Assembly (NCBI GenBank): GCA_965198235.1
Contig: OZ240248.1
Location: 320,001-384,000, forward strand
Source of the DNA: Candidatus Poribacteria bacterium
Lineage (GTDB): Bacteria; Poribacteria; WGA-4E; WGA-3G
Direction of reading: 5' to 3'
Length of the DNA stretch: 64,000 nt
The notes below the pieces were generated by a model. It had not been told where the DNA came from. It saw only the letters and a program-made list of their open reading frames with translations, and ran no database searches. A program made the position numbers and the translations under genes. Below, in pieces: positions 10,518 through 20,816 of the stretch (position 1 is its first letter; the number at the start of each line of letters is the position of its first letter).

Positions 10518-11312
10518 TTATTGCCTTTCAGTCATTGACTGCTTGAGTACTCCCCAGGTTACCGCAAGTTTCCCCGATGTCTCGACTGCTAATGCATCTC
10601 GCAAATTCATCGTAATGTCCTGGATCTCATCTTCAGTCAACGCCTGACTGAAAATTGCGACCTCATCAAGCACGCCTTCCCAATAATCGCCTCTCGGATT
10701 CCCCCAGCGTCCGATTCGGACAGGTTCCGTATTATGGTCAGGCGGAATCTCAGTTTTGGTCTCACCCTCCATCACGCCGTCCAGATACGCCCGAAGCACT
10801 TTGCCATCAAAGGTAGCAGCGACGTGATGCCACTTGCCATCTGCAGCGACCGTCTTGCTAAAGGCAGTTTTCCACGCCCCTCCTGTGGTGTAGTTCACGC
10901 CAAGCAGATTTGTGTCACCGGCAATGAATATGCCATAATTCCTTGGGTTCCCAGCGACAGGCTCCTTTCCTAACACGGTTTGCCATTTGCCCGTCGGCTG
11001 CGTTTTAATCCACGCCGATGCCGTATATTCGGTGAGATCGAATGCCTTATCGTGTGGGATTTCTACGATATTACCATTCCCGTCAAATTCGAGAGCCGTC
11101 CCTATTTTGCCTTGAATCCACTTCGCGCCCTTAATATCGCCGTCATGACCGTTACCGGAGGCATCCTTCGCTGTCCCGCCTTGGTTTTCGTCGAAAAGCC
11201 ATGCGCCAACGAGTGCATCTTCCAATACATTCGCTGCACATATACCAGTGCCACACAGCAGTTCTGTCAACATTATCAACATCATCACAGGTAATTTTTG
11301 AACAGTCATCAT
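10518..11312 (-). CDS. Secreted LamG-like jellyroll protein
   Basis: 'WLFDE', 'DASGNGHDG', 'ALEFDG', 'WHHVAATFDG', C-terminal 'GKLAVTWGVLK'. Confidence 0.9.
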   Translation of the reverse strand: MMTVQKLPVMMLIMLTELLCGTGICAANVLEDALVGAWLFDENQGGTAKDASGNGHDGDIKGAKWIQGKIGTALEFDGNGNIVEIPHDKAFDLTEYTASAWIKTQPTGKWQTVLGKEPVAGNPRNYGIFIAGDTNLLGVNYTTGGAWKTAFSKTVAADGKWHHVAATFDGKVLRAYLDGVMEGETKTEIPPDHNTEPVRIGRWGNPRGDYWEGVLDEVAIFSQALTEDEIQDITMNLRDALAVETSGKLAVTWGVLKQSMTERQ

Positions 11313-11336
11313 TGTGTGTTCCTTTGGTGTTGAATG

Positions 11337-12191
11337 TCAAGCGGTTTCGGAAACGGGTAGTACATCACGCTCGACTTCGTAGACTTTGTCCGAGAAAGTT
11401 TTACCGCGAATCCACATGACAGCGCAGCCTCCCTCCGGTTTAGGGGTTGTCCATTCTGCTTGCGCACTGAGGTAGTGGGCAACGAAACTGCGGCGGAACC
11501 GTAGGCTGTGGTTGTCCATGCTCTTGTGCAGGAGATGGCTGTGGAACCAGATGACCGCACCCGGTGGCACTTCTACCGCCACACCGTCTTCGTCGCGGAC
11601 ACCGCGTGCCAACTTGAATTCCCGCTGTTGTGAACCCTCAAGGTCGTCGTGTTGAAAGATGTCCCATTTATGGCTACCGGGGATAACGTAGAGGCAACCG
11701 TTCTCTCGGTCTGCTGGGTCAATAGCCGTCCATGTTCCAACAGTCGTCTCCGTATTAAACCGAGTGCGAAAGTAGAACTTATCTTGATGCCACGGGAAAC
11801 CGAGACCGATCTTGGGTGCTTTCCAGATAAACAGCGTGTTGATACCGAGGATATCCGGACCGAGAAAGTCAACAAGTGGATCGGTGAGACGGGGATCGCG
11901 CACACGTGCAAGGAATTCTGGGTCGTAGCAACTCGGAAAATGGATTTTGTGCATCGCATAGATGCCCTGCTGCGCTGCTTTCCCGTCCTTGACGAGTGCG
12001 TTCTGATCGATATGTACGGACGGAAACGGACGTTTCCTGTCCACAATATCTTCAGCGACTTGACGGAATGCATCGTTCTCTTCGGGAGTGAATACGTTCA
12101 AGCGGACAAGGTAACCGTTCTCGTTCCAGTATGAGAGTTCATCCGGACTTAGTTTAAAAAGCCGATCCTGTGGCGTTAATTCTGTATCCAT
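11337..12191 (-). CDS. PhyH family dioxygenase
   Basis: 'PWHQD', 'NGCLYVIPGSH', 'LLHKS'; start at MDTEL after AGGAG. Confidence 0.9.
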   Translation of the reverse strand: MDTELTPQDRLFKLSPDELSYWNENGYLVRLNVFTPEENDAFRQVAEDIVDRKRPFPSVHIDQNALVKDGKAAQQGIYAMHKIHFPSCYDPEFLARVRDPRLTDPLVDFLGPDILGINTLFIWKAPKIGLGFPWHQDKFYFRTRFNTETTVGTWTAIDPADRENGCLYVIPGSHKWDIFQHDDLEGSQQREFKLARGVRDEDGVAVEVPPGAVIWFHSHLLHKSMDNHSLRFRRSFVAHYLSAQAEWTTPKPEGGCAVMWIRGKTFSDKVYEVERDVLPVSETA

Positions 12192-12426
12192 TTTAATCTC
12201 CTGTTTTTTAGTTTGCGGGAGCGGGTGGGAATCCCTTTGAACCGCTGTAAAAATGATAGCATATTTGATGGAAAAGTCAAACCGATTTTTCTTGACAGAT
12301 GCTGTTGTAAAGTGTATCGTCATGGGAAATTATCAGGTACTACCCACTAAAGTTTTGAGAAATATATGAAGTATGCTAAAATGGCGTACTGATTCAAAGT
12401 CACTGTCTAACATACGGAGGACAACA

Positions 12427-13605
12427 ATGAGCACGAATGAAGCACCAGTGAAAGAGACTTATCGCGCGACAGCGTTTGCAGATTTCCAACCTGAACTTTC
12501 GGCTCCGGGTGCTACGCCTGAAAGATTGGCGTACCTGAAGGAGCACGGTTTTGTCATCATCAACGACTTTGTTGGTAACCCGTGGATTCCAGTTCTTCGG
12601 GAGGCGGGTCGCCGGGTCACTGAGGCATGCGCACCCGAAAACGGCTACGACACAATCGACAACTCAAAGGGTTACGTCCACCGTGCCGCACAGGATGAAC
12701 CGTGGGCGATCCGAGGACTCATCCATCCCGCTTTCAAAGAGCCGAGTTTCTCCGAGTTCCACGGCTCTTCGGATTTCCTAGATTTTGTTGCCTCTTGGTG
12801 TCACGGGATCCAACCTGAGGATCTGACGTTTAGTGGGATACTGCTGTGGGCAAATCCACGGAAACAGGAAAACGGACCCAGTTGGCACAGAGACGTGACG
12901 TGGTGGGGGGATGGAGCAGGTTACTTCTCACAGCGGGAAATCCGCGGGGATACCCCTGAAGACTATTCCGAAGAAGTGGAGCGAATTCGCTGGAAAGAAA
13001 TTCAAGAAAGCAATGAGAAGCGGATTACCGAACGGAACAGCGTGAGCATGTTTTTGGCACTCACAGACGACGAATGCCATGAACTTATTCCGGGTAGCCA
13101 CCATCAATGGCGCACACCGTTTGAGCATGACGTGCTACTTCCACAGGCGATGAAGGATCAGGGTGTCCCCTATACACCGAGTTGGAACGGGTCTGACCCG
13201 TTGCCCGGTCAGGCTGCTATTCGGCTCAAGCCCGGGGAGGCACTCATCCGCAATGGCAACAACATCCACACAGGGCACACCGTGCCTGATCGCGAGCGCA
13301 ACACTTTGTCGATCGGTTGGTCGAAATGGTCGGGTGAATTCACCGGCGAGCCTTCGGTCGCAGACGCACGAAACGCGTGGCAACTCGATCCTGCCGTCCG
13401 AGACGTTTTACCGCACGGGTTTATGCAGACAGCATGGGACCGGTGGGCAGAAACCCAGAAACTCGGAGGCACGCTTGAGGACAGGTACGCCGGATATGAC
13501 ATTAGGCAGATTAAATCTGGAAAGGTCGCCGGATGGCGGACTGAATTGGAACGTCAAGCTGCCACAGCAGGCGACGCGTGGGAAGCTTACCAAACGGCTG
13601 TCTAA
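12427..13605 (+). CDS. Divergent PhyH-like dioxygenase
   Basis: 'SWHRD', 'IPGSH', 'NIHTG'; GGAGG RBS before MSTNE. Confidence 0.75.
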   Translation: MSTNEAPVKETYRATAFADFQPELSAPGATPERLAYLKEHGFVIINDFVGNPWIPVLREAGRRVTEACAPENGYDTIDNSKGYVHRAAQDEPWAIRGLIHPAFKEPSFSEFHGSSDFLDFVASWCHGIQPEDLTFSGILLWANPRKQENGPSWHRDVTWWGDGAGYFSQREIRGDTPEDYSEEVERIRWKEIQESNEKRITERNSVSMFLALTDDECHELIPGSHHQWRTPFEHDVLLPQAMKDQGVPYTPSWNGSDPLPGQAAIRLKPGEALIRNGNNIHTGHTVPDRERNTLSIGWSKWSGEFTGEPSVADARNAWQLDPAVRDVLPHGFMQTAWDRWAETQKLGGTLEDRYAGYDIRQIKSGKVAGWRTELERQAATAGDAWEAYQTAV

Positions 13606-14004
13606 CACTACGGCTCAGCGCAAACTTAAGATGGCGTTCTCTATTCGTGCTGCTTCAACTATCCAATTTTTTGTGTAGTTGGAGCAGACTTAATTCTGCT
13701 TGACTTTACATCCTCTATAGCATATCACAGTTACGTGGGGGCAAGATTACTCGGACGTAACGCCGCTGAAGGGCGTTGTTTTTGGAAGTGGTACACATGA
13801 ATTATTTGTTTCAGTGGATTGCCAAAGGGAGAATTTTTAACGATTCGCAAGGCGTTAAATCAAGCAATGGGTTCCATAACGGTTTTCGTTGAAAAGTCGC
13901 CTGCGCCTGCTTCGCAGTGAGAATGCAGGCTTGAATCACTCTTTATGCTGCAAGGACTGCCCGCGTTCCCAAACCCCGTACAGAATTAACCGGAAACCTG
14001 CAAG

Positions 14005-14057
14005 TTAACCATCAACTCGTGCTTTAACATTTATAACGGAGGCGAGTTGATGGTTAA
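14005..14057. repeat. Palindromic repeat family A (arms TTAACCATCAACTC...GAGTTGATGGTTAA)
   Basis: Copies at 14005-14057, 16698-16751 and 31780-31863. Confidence 0.85.
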
Positions 14058-14094
14058 AACGGACGCAGCAGACCAGGAGCCCATAAATTAAAAA

Positions 14095-14379
14095 ATGACA
14101 ATTGAAGCGTTTCAGAAACAGATTGAAGATATCTATTACACACGCGATGTTGAGCGCGGGGTGCCTCTCACCTTCACATGGTTCGTTGAAGAAGTCGGTG
14201 AGTTGGCAAAAGAGATCCGCAAACAGCCACAAGACTTGACGCGACTGCGCGAGGAATTCGCCGATGTTTTTGCATGGCTCGCTACATTAGCAAGCCTACT
14301 CGGTATTTCTCTTGAGGATGCCGCGAAAATCTACGCAGAGGGCTGCCCGAAGTGTAGCGCAACCCCCTGTCGCTGTTAG
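14095..14379 (+). CDS. Single-domain MazG-like nucleotide pyrophosphohydrolase
   Basis: 'EEVGELAK...EEFADV' motif with C-terminal CxxC..CxC. Confidence 0.85.
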   Translation: MTIEAFQKQIEDIYYTRDVERGVPLTFTWFVEEVGELAKEIRKQPQDLTRLREEFADVFAWLATLASLLGISLEDAAKIYAEGCPKCSATPCRC

Positions 14380-14392
14380 CTTATGGGTGAAC

Positions 14393-15673
14393 TTAGTTCC
14401 CGTTCAAGAATCGATCGAAGTTGCCGCCGAACAGGTTATTGACATCCCGTCCAATCTCTGCCGAAGTCAATGTCCACCCGACATCAAGAAGTGTTTGGTA
14501 TTTTTCTACCAGGACCTCTGCGATAATCTGCCGCGAGTGTTTCCATTTGTAAACGAGTTGATCCAAAATTCGCGCATCGGAGTGTTGGGGGATGACACTC
14601 AAACCGAGTAATTCAATCCGTTCTCGCGTGATCTCCTCAATGACGCTCGGATTGTTCATAAACCACCAGCATCCAAATATCATCAGATTTTTGAATTTCC
14701 GTCCAATCACACACAACTCATGTTGATTTTCGCGCGACAGGAGCGTAACGAGAAACTTATTGTCAGGATTTTCACGGAGCAGCGTTTCCAGACTCGTCAA
14801 GTCGGCTTTTCCGCTTCCATCGCCTGCCATCTGAAGTTGTGGATTCACCGCACGCTTCACACCAATCATGAGCGCGAATGGAACGTTAAATTCACGGGAG
14901 ATCGGTAGTATACAGTTATCAAACAACCGTCCAAGAACACCGTCATCGGGGTATTGGAAATCGGGTGGGAGAGAGACCGCCATGTATTTTGGGTTCATCC
15001 GCTGAATCCATGTCTCTAAAAATCGACGAACTTCTTTGTAGGTTTTCTCCGTTGATAGACTGGGATCGACATCGTAGCCGAGACCCCTGAGATGTTCGTA
15101 ACCGACTTCTTCATAGGTATTGATGAGGACATCCATCCGAAGCGCTGCTTCAAAGCGTGTGTCGCCAGTGTCGCCGGATTGCCACACCGGTGCCTCTGCC
15201 GAATCAAAGGGGTCGTTCGTCATCACCACTTTAGAGACTTTCGCACGTTCAAAAACAGTGTCAATGAAGGCATCGACGGTGGTATCCGCAAAATAGGCAC
15301 GGTAGTCCTGTAGGTTTCGCGAACTAACATCCAAGCCTAACGCATCTAAAGTCGTCACAATGCCGCGGCACGCCTCGCTCAGCGGTGAATTTTCAATGAA
15401 CAGCGTCTGCCAAATCAGTTCTGCCTGTTCCGCCTTTGACATCCCCCAAAATTGCTGATACGAAACATCAGATTTGCGGAATACTTCAGCAATGAGGTAG
15501 TGATAGGTCAGCAGTTCATCAATACCCCATAGCAACAACTCACCGAATGGCGGACTAAAGAGGTGTGTGTGAATATCTGTGACACTTTGCGTGTCCACGG
15601 CATCTAAAACAGCGGTTTTCAATTCATCCGCGGTTTTAATCTCCTGTGTGTGGTTTGATTCAGAAACGTTCAT
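14393..15673 (-). CDS. uxaC: Uronate (glucuronate) isomerase, divergent Bh0493-type
   Basis: 'DIHTHL' metal motif, 'TYHYL', 'MTNDPFD', 'GCWWF', 'QHSDAR'. Confidence 0.85.
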   Translation of the reverse strand: MNVSESNHTQEIKTADELKTAVLDAVDTQSVTDIHTHLFSPPFGELLLWGIDELLTYHYLIAEVFRKSDVSYQQFWGMSKAEQAELIWQTLFIENSPLSEACRGIVTTLDALGLDVSSRNLQDYRAYFADTTVDAFIDTVFERAKVSKVVMTNDPFDSAEAPVWQSGDTGDTRFEAALRMDVLINTYEEVGYEHLRGLGYDVDPSLSTEKTYKEVRRFLETWIQRMNPKYMAVSLPPDFQYPDDGVLGRLFDNCILPISREFNVPFALMIGVKRAVNPQLQMAGDGSGKADLTSLETLLRENPDNKFLVTLLSRENQHELCVIGRKFKNLMIFGCWWFMNNPSVIEEITRERIELLGLSVIPQHSDARILDQLVYKWKHSRQIIAEVLVEKYQTLLDVGWTLTSAEIGRDVNNLFGGNFDRFLNGN

Positions 15674-15696
15674 TGTGATCCTCTCCTGTGACAAAA

Positions 15697-16222
15697 TCAA
15701 CTCAAAAAACGGACGTTAACACCTTCTAACTCTTTCTGTATGAATTCTCGACAGTCGTTGATCGACTTGAGGAAGGGATGATCCTTCGATTCAATGTCAA
15801 ACATTAGATCCGCGGGTCCAAAGTCGATATAGGTAATACCGGGTTTCACTAAGGTACGTACGTTCAGAACCGATTTAAGGGACTCGACCTTGAATCCAAG
15901 AATAGCGTTCTCGTTCCACCATTTGGCGTATTCTTGTCGGTCTTTTCGTTCTTCAATACCATAGCCTACCCAACCACCCCAGCTCCGTCTACCGATTGGG
16001 GGGTAGTAGAATGCGTTCAATGCTTCATTGACAATTTCTTCTGTCTCGACTTCGGGAACTTTGATCGCCAACACACCGAGATCACAGTAATTGCCGAGAC
16101 GATAAGCGTGTCGGGTATGTTTGATTCGTAAGAGAACAGGCATCTCTTTTTCTTCAGCGGCTTCGGAGATACGAGAGATGTCCCACTCCGTGTAGGGACC
16201 GTGCTGACAATCAATATAAAAT
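15697..16222 (-). pseudogene. 5'-truncated HpcH/HpaI aldolase family gene
   Basis: 'IDCQHGP', 'KVPEVET', 'YYPPIGRRSWG', 'KVES', 'FGPADL'; homology begins immediately at the upstream gene's stop with no own start or RBS. Confidence 0.65.
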
Positions 16223-16651
16223 TCAGGAAGAAGATTCTGACTCAATCTTGCTGGTGATAAAACGAACGACTTCCTCAGGGGAGTGTTTTCCGAATCGGAC
16301 GTAAACACCACGGAAGTTTTCAAGGCGTGTCGGATGAGCAAACGGGCTGAGCAGCACTCCGTTCGCGTCAACGTAAAAACTGCGAAATGTATCCCAGGGC
16401 CGCTCCAGCCTATAGCAGCAACTTGTGATAATCAGCTTATCTGCTTCACAGTGGTGGTGAAACGGGAGAAAATATTTATAGAGCGATCCGAGCAGAAAAG
16501 TGGCGGACAGCAGAGCGATGTAAATTGATTGGAAACCCCAATAGATGCCGATTAAAAGAAGGGTTAGAAAAACCCCTAATAAGATGGACTTGCGCCAATT
16601 TTCAACGAGTGGATGTACTGTCCATGAAAGCGTTGTAGGCGCGTCTGCCAT
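16223..16651 (-). CDS. Hypothetical membrane protein (2 TM plus soluble domain)
   Basis: Two hydrophobic segments; AAGGA RBS before MADAP. Confidence 0.7.
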   Translation of the reverse strand: MADAPTTLSWTVHPLVENWRKSILLGVFLTLLLIGIYWGFQSIYIALLSATFLLGSLYKYFLPFHHHCEADKLIITSCCYRLERPWDTFRSFYVDANGVLLSPFAHPTRLENFRGVYVRFGKHSPEEVVRFITSKIESESSS

Positions 16652-16697
16652 ATCAGGATCCTTCTTTATTAGCGGTCGGCTTTTCCTGCTGACGACT

Positions 16698-16751
16698 TTA
16701 ACCATCAACTCACACATTGATAGAAGTGTTAAGGCACGAGTTGATGGTTAA
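16698..16751. repeat. Palindromic repeat family A
   Basis: 'ttaaccatcaactc...gagttgatggttaa'. Confidence 0.85.
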
Positions 16752-16887
16752 AACTATTCTGCTAATGACCCACAACTGACAACTCTTACAAACGAAAACC
16801 AAGCCTGAAATGAAATGGAAGGCGACTCGTACACAAAAACATCAAATAATCAGACACCTATACTTATCCGCAAGGTAAAATTAAAAA

Positions 16888-17307
16888 CTATTCTGTGCTG
16901 TCTGTACCACCACTGTCAAGTTCCGTCTTTGATGCGTCGTCAGCAGCGTCTCCACTGCCGCCATCTGTAGTCGTTTCAACGCTTCCTTCGTCTGTGGTGT
17001 CAACAGGTTCGGTTGTGGCTTCCTGTGTTGTTTCCTGCTCGAGCGGTGTGAGTGCCCCGCCGCCATCTTCGCCATAGAAACGCATCAGGAACAGGGAGAT
17101 AACCATGAACCCGATAGCAAGCCACGTCGTTAGTTTACTAAGGAAGGTCGCGGCACCGCGCCCTCCGAGAACAGACTGCATTTCCGCGCCACCAAATGCG
17201 CTTGATGAGAGCCCTTCACCCTTGCTGTCCTGTAACAAAATAATCAGCGTCAAGACGACGCAGACCGGCACGAAGATAAACACTACAAAACCGATAATAA
17301 TTTCCAT
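16888..17307 (-). CDS. secG: Preprotein translocase subunit SecG
   Basis: 'ILLQDSKGEGLSSSAFGG', 'FLSKLTTW', acidic tail; downstream of tpiA. Confidence 0.9.
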   Translation of the reverse strand: MEIIIGFVVFIFVPVCVVLTLIILLQDSKGEGLSSSAFGGAEMQSVLGGRGAATFLSKLTTWLAIGFMVISLFLMRFYGEDGGGALTPLEQETTQEATTEPVDTTDEGSVETTTDGGSGDAADDASKTELDSGGTDSTE

Positions 17308-17341
17308 CTGAGGGTTTCCTCCTATTAAAAATGGCTGTCGG

Positions 17342-18097
17342 CTATTCTGCATTTTTCACGATTTGTGCGAACGATTCCGCCTCAAGACTTGCGCCGCCAA
17401 CGAGTGCACCGTCTACATCGGGCTGCGCCATGAGTTCCGCTGCATTCTCCGGTTTAACGCTGCCACCGTATTGAATACATATCTGCGACGCGACTTCTGC
17501 CGAGTGCCCGTTCGTTAGCAAGCCTCGAATAAAGTTATGGACTTCCTGTGCTTGGGCAGGCGTGGCTGTCTTCCCAGTGCCGATAGCCCAAACCGGTTCA
17601 TAAGCGATGACGCAGGACGAAAGGTCAGCGGCGGATAAGCCAGCAATGCCGCCCGTAACGTGGCTCTTAATCACTGCTTCTGTTTGTCCAGCTTCCCGTT
17701 CTTCGAGTTGCTCACCGACGCAGATAATTGGCTTTAAGCCGTGCGCTAACGCCGCTTTCACTTTTTGGTTGACGCTGTCATTCGTCTCACCGAAATATTG
17801 GCGCCGTTCCGAATGCCCGATAATGACGTAATCACACCCGGTATCTTTCAGCATTGGCGCGGAGACTTCGCCGGTAAATGCCCCGCCATCCTCCCAATAG
17901 ACATCTTGAGCGGCGAGACGAATGTTGCTGCCCCCTATGGCATCACTGACAGCGGAGAGCGCAGTAAACGGCGGTGCAACGATGACTTCAACGCCGGTGG
18001 CATCCGCAACTAATGCTTTTAACGCCGTTGTGAGCGCGACCGCCTCTGAAATCGTTTTGTTCAGTTTCCAATTTCCCGCAATGATAGGTATTCGCAT
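17342..18097 (-). CDS. tpiA: Triosephosphate isomerase
   Basis: 'AGNWK', 'GHSERR', '[11 protein letters not shown]', 'YGGSV', 'LVGGASL'. Confidence 0.98.
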   Translation of the reverse strand: MRIPIIAGNWKLNKTISEAVALTTALKALVADATGVEVIVAPPFTALSAVSDAIGGSNIRLAAQDVYWEDGGAFTGEVSAPMLKDTGCDYVIIGHSERRQYFGETNDSVNQKVKAALAHGLKPIICVGEQLEEREAGQTEAVIKSHVTGGIAGLSAADLSSCVIAYEPVWAIGTGKTATPAQAQEVHNFIRGLLTNGHSAEVASQICIQYGGSVKPENAAELMAQPDVDGALVGGASLEAESFAQIVKNAE

Positions 18098-18108
18098 ATT
18101 TTTAACTA

Positions 18109-18269
18109 TTTTTTAAACTATTAACTTTGGTTAATTCCAACCCGTCCCAGGGGTTCAGAGGGTTTTGACTTCACCGGCAACCATTGTGGAACGAAATTTT
18201 GCCCACACGCGGCAAAATTTGTCTTTGCTTTACATTTGGAACAATGCCCAGATTTCCATAGTTAAAAAA
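18109..18269. mobile_element. MITE-like element family C (imperfect terminal inverted repeats)
   Basis: Core 'aatttgtctttgctttacatttgga' shared with 19389-19585 and 31982-32150; ends 'ttttttaaactat...atagttaaaaaa'. Confidence 0.7.
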
Positions 18270-18367
18270 GCAGCAGGACATTCTCACCGCGAAGCAGACG
18301 CACTGCGGATTTTACCGAGGCATCCCTCTGCCAAGGCGTTCCGACGGCTCCCGTTAGGGAAACCAGA

Positions 18368-19372
18368 TTAAAAAACCTGGGCAACGAGCTCAACGAGACG
18401 GTTGGAGTAGCCCCACTCGTTATCATACCATGAAAGGACTTTAATCAACCCATCATCAATCACTTTGGTGAAGGGAGCGTCGAGAACGGAGGAGAGTTTG
18501 TTCCCGTTGAAATCCGATGAAACGAGGTCGAGTTCGGAATAGCCGAGAATCCCGTCCAAATTGCCTTCTGCTGCTTCTTTCAGTGCTGCGTTGACCGCTT
18601 CGGCACTCGGTCTCTGCTTGAGATCGACGGTGAGATCGACGACGGAGACGTTCGGTGTCGGTACACGGATTGCGAATCCATCCAGTTTGCCGTTCAATTC
18701 TGGCAGGACTTTTCCAACTGCGACAGCGGCACCAGTTGTCGTCGGAATCATCGAGAGCGTTGCTGCCCGTGCGCGGCGCATGTCGGAGTGCGGGAAATCA
18801 TGAATCCGCTGGTCGCCGGTGTAGGCATGGACGGTTGTCATTAAGCCGCTCTCAATTCCAAACTCTTCATGCAGTACCTTTGCAACGGGTGCAAGGCAGT
18901 TCGTCGTACACGAGGCATTAGAAATGACATGATGTTCTGCTTTGTCATATTTATCGTCATTGACACCGATCACAATCGTGATGTCCTCACCCTTCGCGGG
19001 GGCGGAGATGACCACTTTTTTCGCACCACCGGCGGTGATATGTTTTTCAGCGTCTTCCCGCTCTGTAAAGAAACCGGTGGATTCGATAACGACATCCGCA
19101 CCGAGTTCACCCCACGGTAGATTGCCGGGATCTCGTTCGGCGAGAACCTGTATCTCTTTCCCGTTTACCACCAATCCGTTTTCTGTGGCAGTGATGTCAT
19201 CGGACAAGATGCCGTGAATGGAGTCGTACTGGAGAAGGTGTGCGAGTGTCTCCGGGCTCGTTAAATCGTTGATAGCCACGAAGTCTATATCTAACGCGGG
19301 GTTCTGCAATGCCGCTCGAAAAGCGTTCCTACCGATCCGACCAAAACCATTAATACCTACTTTAGTTGACAT
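18368..19372 (-). CDS. gap: Type I glyceraldehyde-3-phosphate dehydrogenase
   Basis: '[10 protein letters not shown]', 'ASCTTNCL', 'WYDNEWGYS'. Confidence 0.98.
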   Translation of the reverse strand: MSTKVGINGFGRIGRNAFRAALQNPALDIDFVAINDLTSPETLAHLLQYDSIHGILSDDITATENGLVVNGKEIQVLAERDPGNLPWGELGADVVIESTGFFTEREDAEKHITAGGAKKVVISAPAKGEDITIVIGVNDDKYDKAEHHVISNASCTTNCLAPVAKVLHEEFGIESGLMTTVHAYTGDQRIHDFPHSDMRRARAATLSMIPTTTGAAVAVGKVLPELNGKLDGFAIRVPTPNVSVVDLTVDLKQRPSAEAVNAALKEAAEGNLDGILGYSELDLVSSDFNGNKLSSVLDAPFTKVIDDGLIKVLSWYDNEWGYSNRLVELVAQVF

Positions 19373-19388
19373 AGGACAAATAAATTCC

Positions 19389-19585
19389 TTTTTTTAAACT
19401 ATTAACTCTGAGCATCCTTCCACTACATTTTACGATGGTTGTCGGTACAGTTAGAAACCTTTTGAAACCTAAAACAGGCTCATAACTTAGATGAAAACCG
19501 TTGCAGAATGAAATTATGCCTTAAATGGCATAATTTGTCTTTGCTTTACATTTGGAGCAACGCCCAGATTCCCATAGTTAGAAAA
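19389..19585. mobile_element. MITE-like element family C
   Basis: Same termini and core as 18109-18269. Confidence 0.7.
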
Positions 19586-19854
19586 TCCTTTGTAAATATT
19601 GTGCCGTTACAGGGCTTTCATTTAACAGCAAGTTTTAGAAACCTGCAAGCCACATTGACAGAAACGAACATGCGGGGCTATTCACAATAGGCTTGCAAGC
19701 GATGCCCCTTGATTTGCTATTATCTAAGTTTCACGATTTACGTCTTTTTAATTATACCCCAAAGTGTAGTAAATTGCAAGTGCGTTGTTAAGTCCATAGC
19801 CGTTCTGAAGCAATTTGACTTGACAATTCGGGCGGTTTCAGATACCCTATTGGT

Positions 19855-20676
19855 ATGTCAACAAACACCCCCAAAAATGCGATTCAACCGACCGGAAGTT
19901 TCCGTGCCATTCCTGTTGCAGTGCCAAAGAATCTCACTAATGTTCGGATCATCCTCTCTGAACCGCGTGAGCCGGGGAACATCGGCTCCGTCGCCAGAGT
20001 TGTAAAGGGGATGGGACTCTCGCAACTCTATTTGGTGAACCCTGTCCCGTTTCGTGAGGTCGATGCGGCGTGGTACATGGCACATGGCGCGAAGGATATT
20101 CTTGAAAATTGCCACGTCGTTCCCGAACTGAAAAACGCACTCGATGGTGTCCAGTACCTGGTAGGGACAACGCACCGTCGTCGTGATGTGCGCCTACCGC
20201 AGCCTGTACCTGCACGGGAAGCCGCAGAGACGATCGCTACAATTTCGCAGGACAAACCGGTCGCGCTGCTGTTTGGACGTGAAGACTTCGGCTTGTCTAC
20301 CCATCAGATGAGTCTTTGCCAGTTGACTGCAAGCGTTCCGATGGCTACAAAAAACCCGTCTCTGAATTTGGCACAGGCAGTCCAAATTTTCGCTTATGAG
20401 GTCTTCATTGCAAGCCTTGGCGAGTACCCTCCCTCCGAGATCGATTATGCCGAAGTGAACGCATTGGAAGAGTTCTACGGGCGTGTGACTCGGTTGTTGG
20501 ATAAGGTAGGGGTGTCGCCGTATAACCGAGACTGGGAGACGTATCTGAAGTCGTTGCGGCGTGTCTTCTCCCGTGCCCCTTTAGAAGCACGCGACATCGC
20601 TACGCTGGACATAATTTTCTCTACGACGTTTCGGCACATTGAGCGGCTTGAGAAGAAATTAGAACCTACGCAATAA
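19855..20676 (+). CDS. trmJ: SPOUT RNA methyltransferase, TrmJ/TrmH family
   Basis: 'PGNIGSVAR', 'LFGREDFGL', 'PSLNLAQAV'. Confidence 0.85.
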   Translation: MSTNTPKNAIQPTGSFRAIPVAVPKNLTNVRIILSEPREPGNIGSVARVVKGMGLSQLYLVNPVPFREVDAAWYMAHGAKDILENCHVVPELKNALDGVQYLVGTTHRRRDVRLPQPVPAREAAETIATISQDKPVALLFGREDFGLSTHQMSLCQLTASVPMATKNPSLNLAQAVQIFAYEVFIASLGEYPPSEIDYAEVNALEEFYGRVTRLLDKVGVSPYNRDWETYLKSLRRVFSRAPLEARDIATLDIIFSTTFRHIERLEKKLEPTQ

Positions 20677-20816
20677 ATTGGCTCGTGGTATAATATCCTA
20701 ACCTTTGGACAATGTGTGGGAGGGGTGTTTTTGCTGGGGGTGTTTTTGCTTGGGTATTTCTGCGTATTGATAGGGTGTTTCCTCTGCAGATTTCCCCGAT
20801 TGTTATAGAGGAAAAG

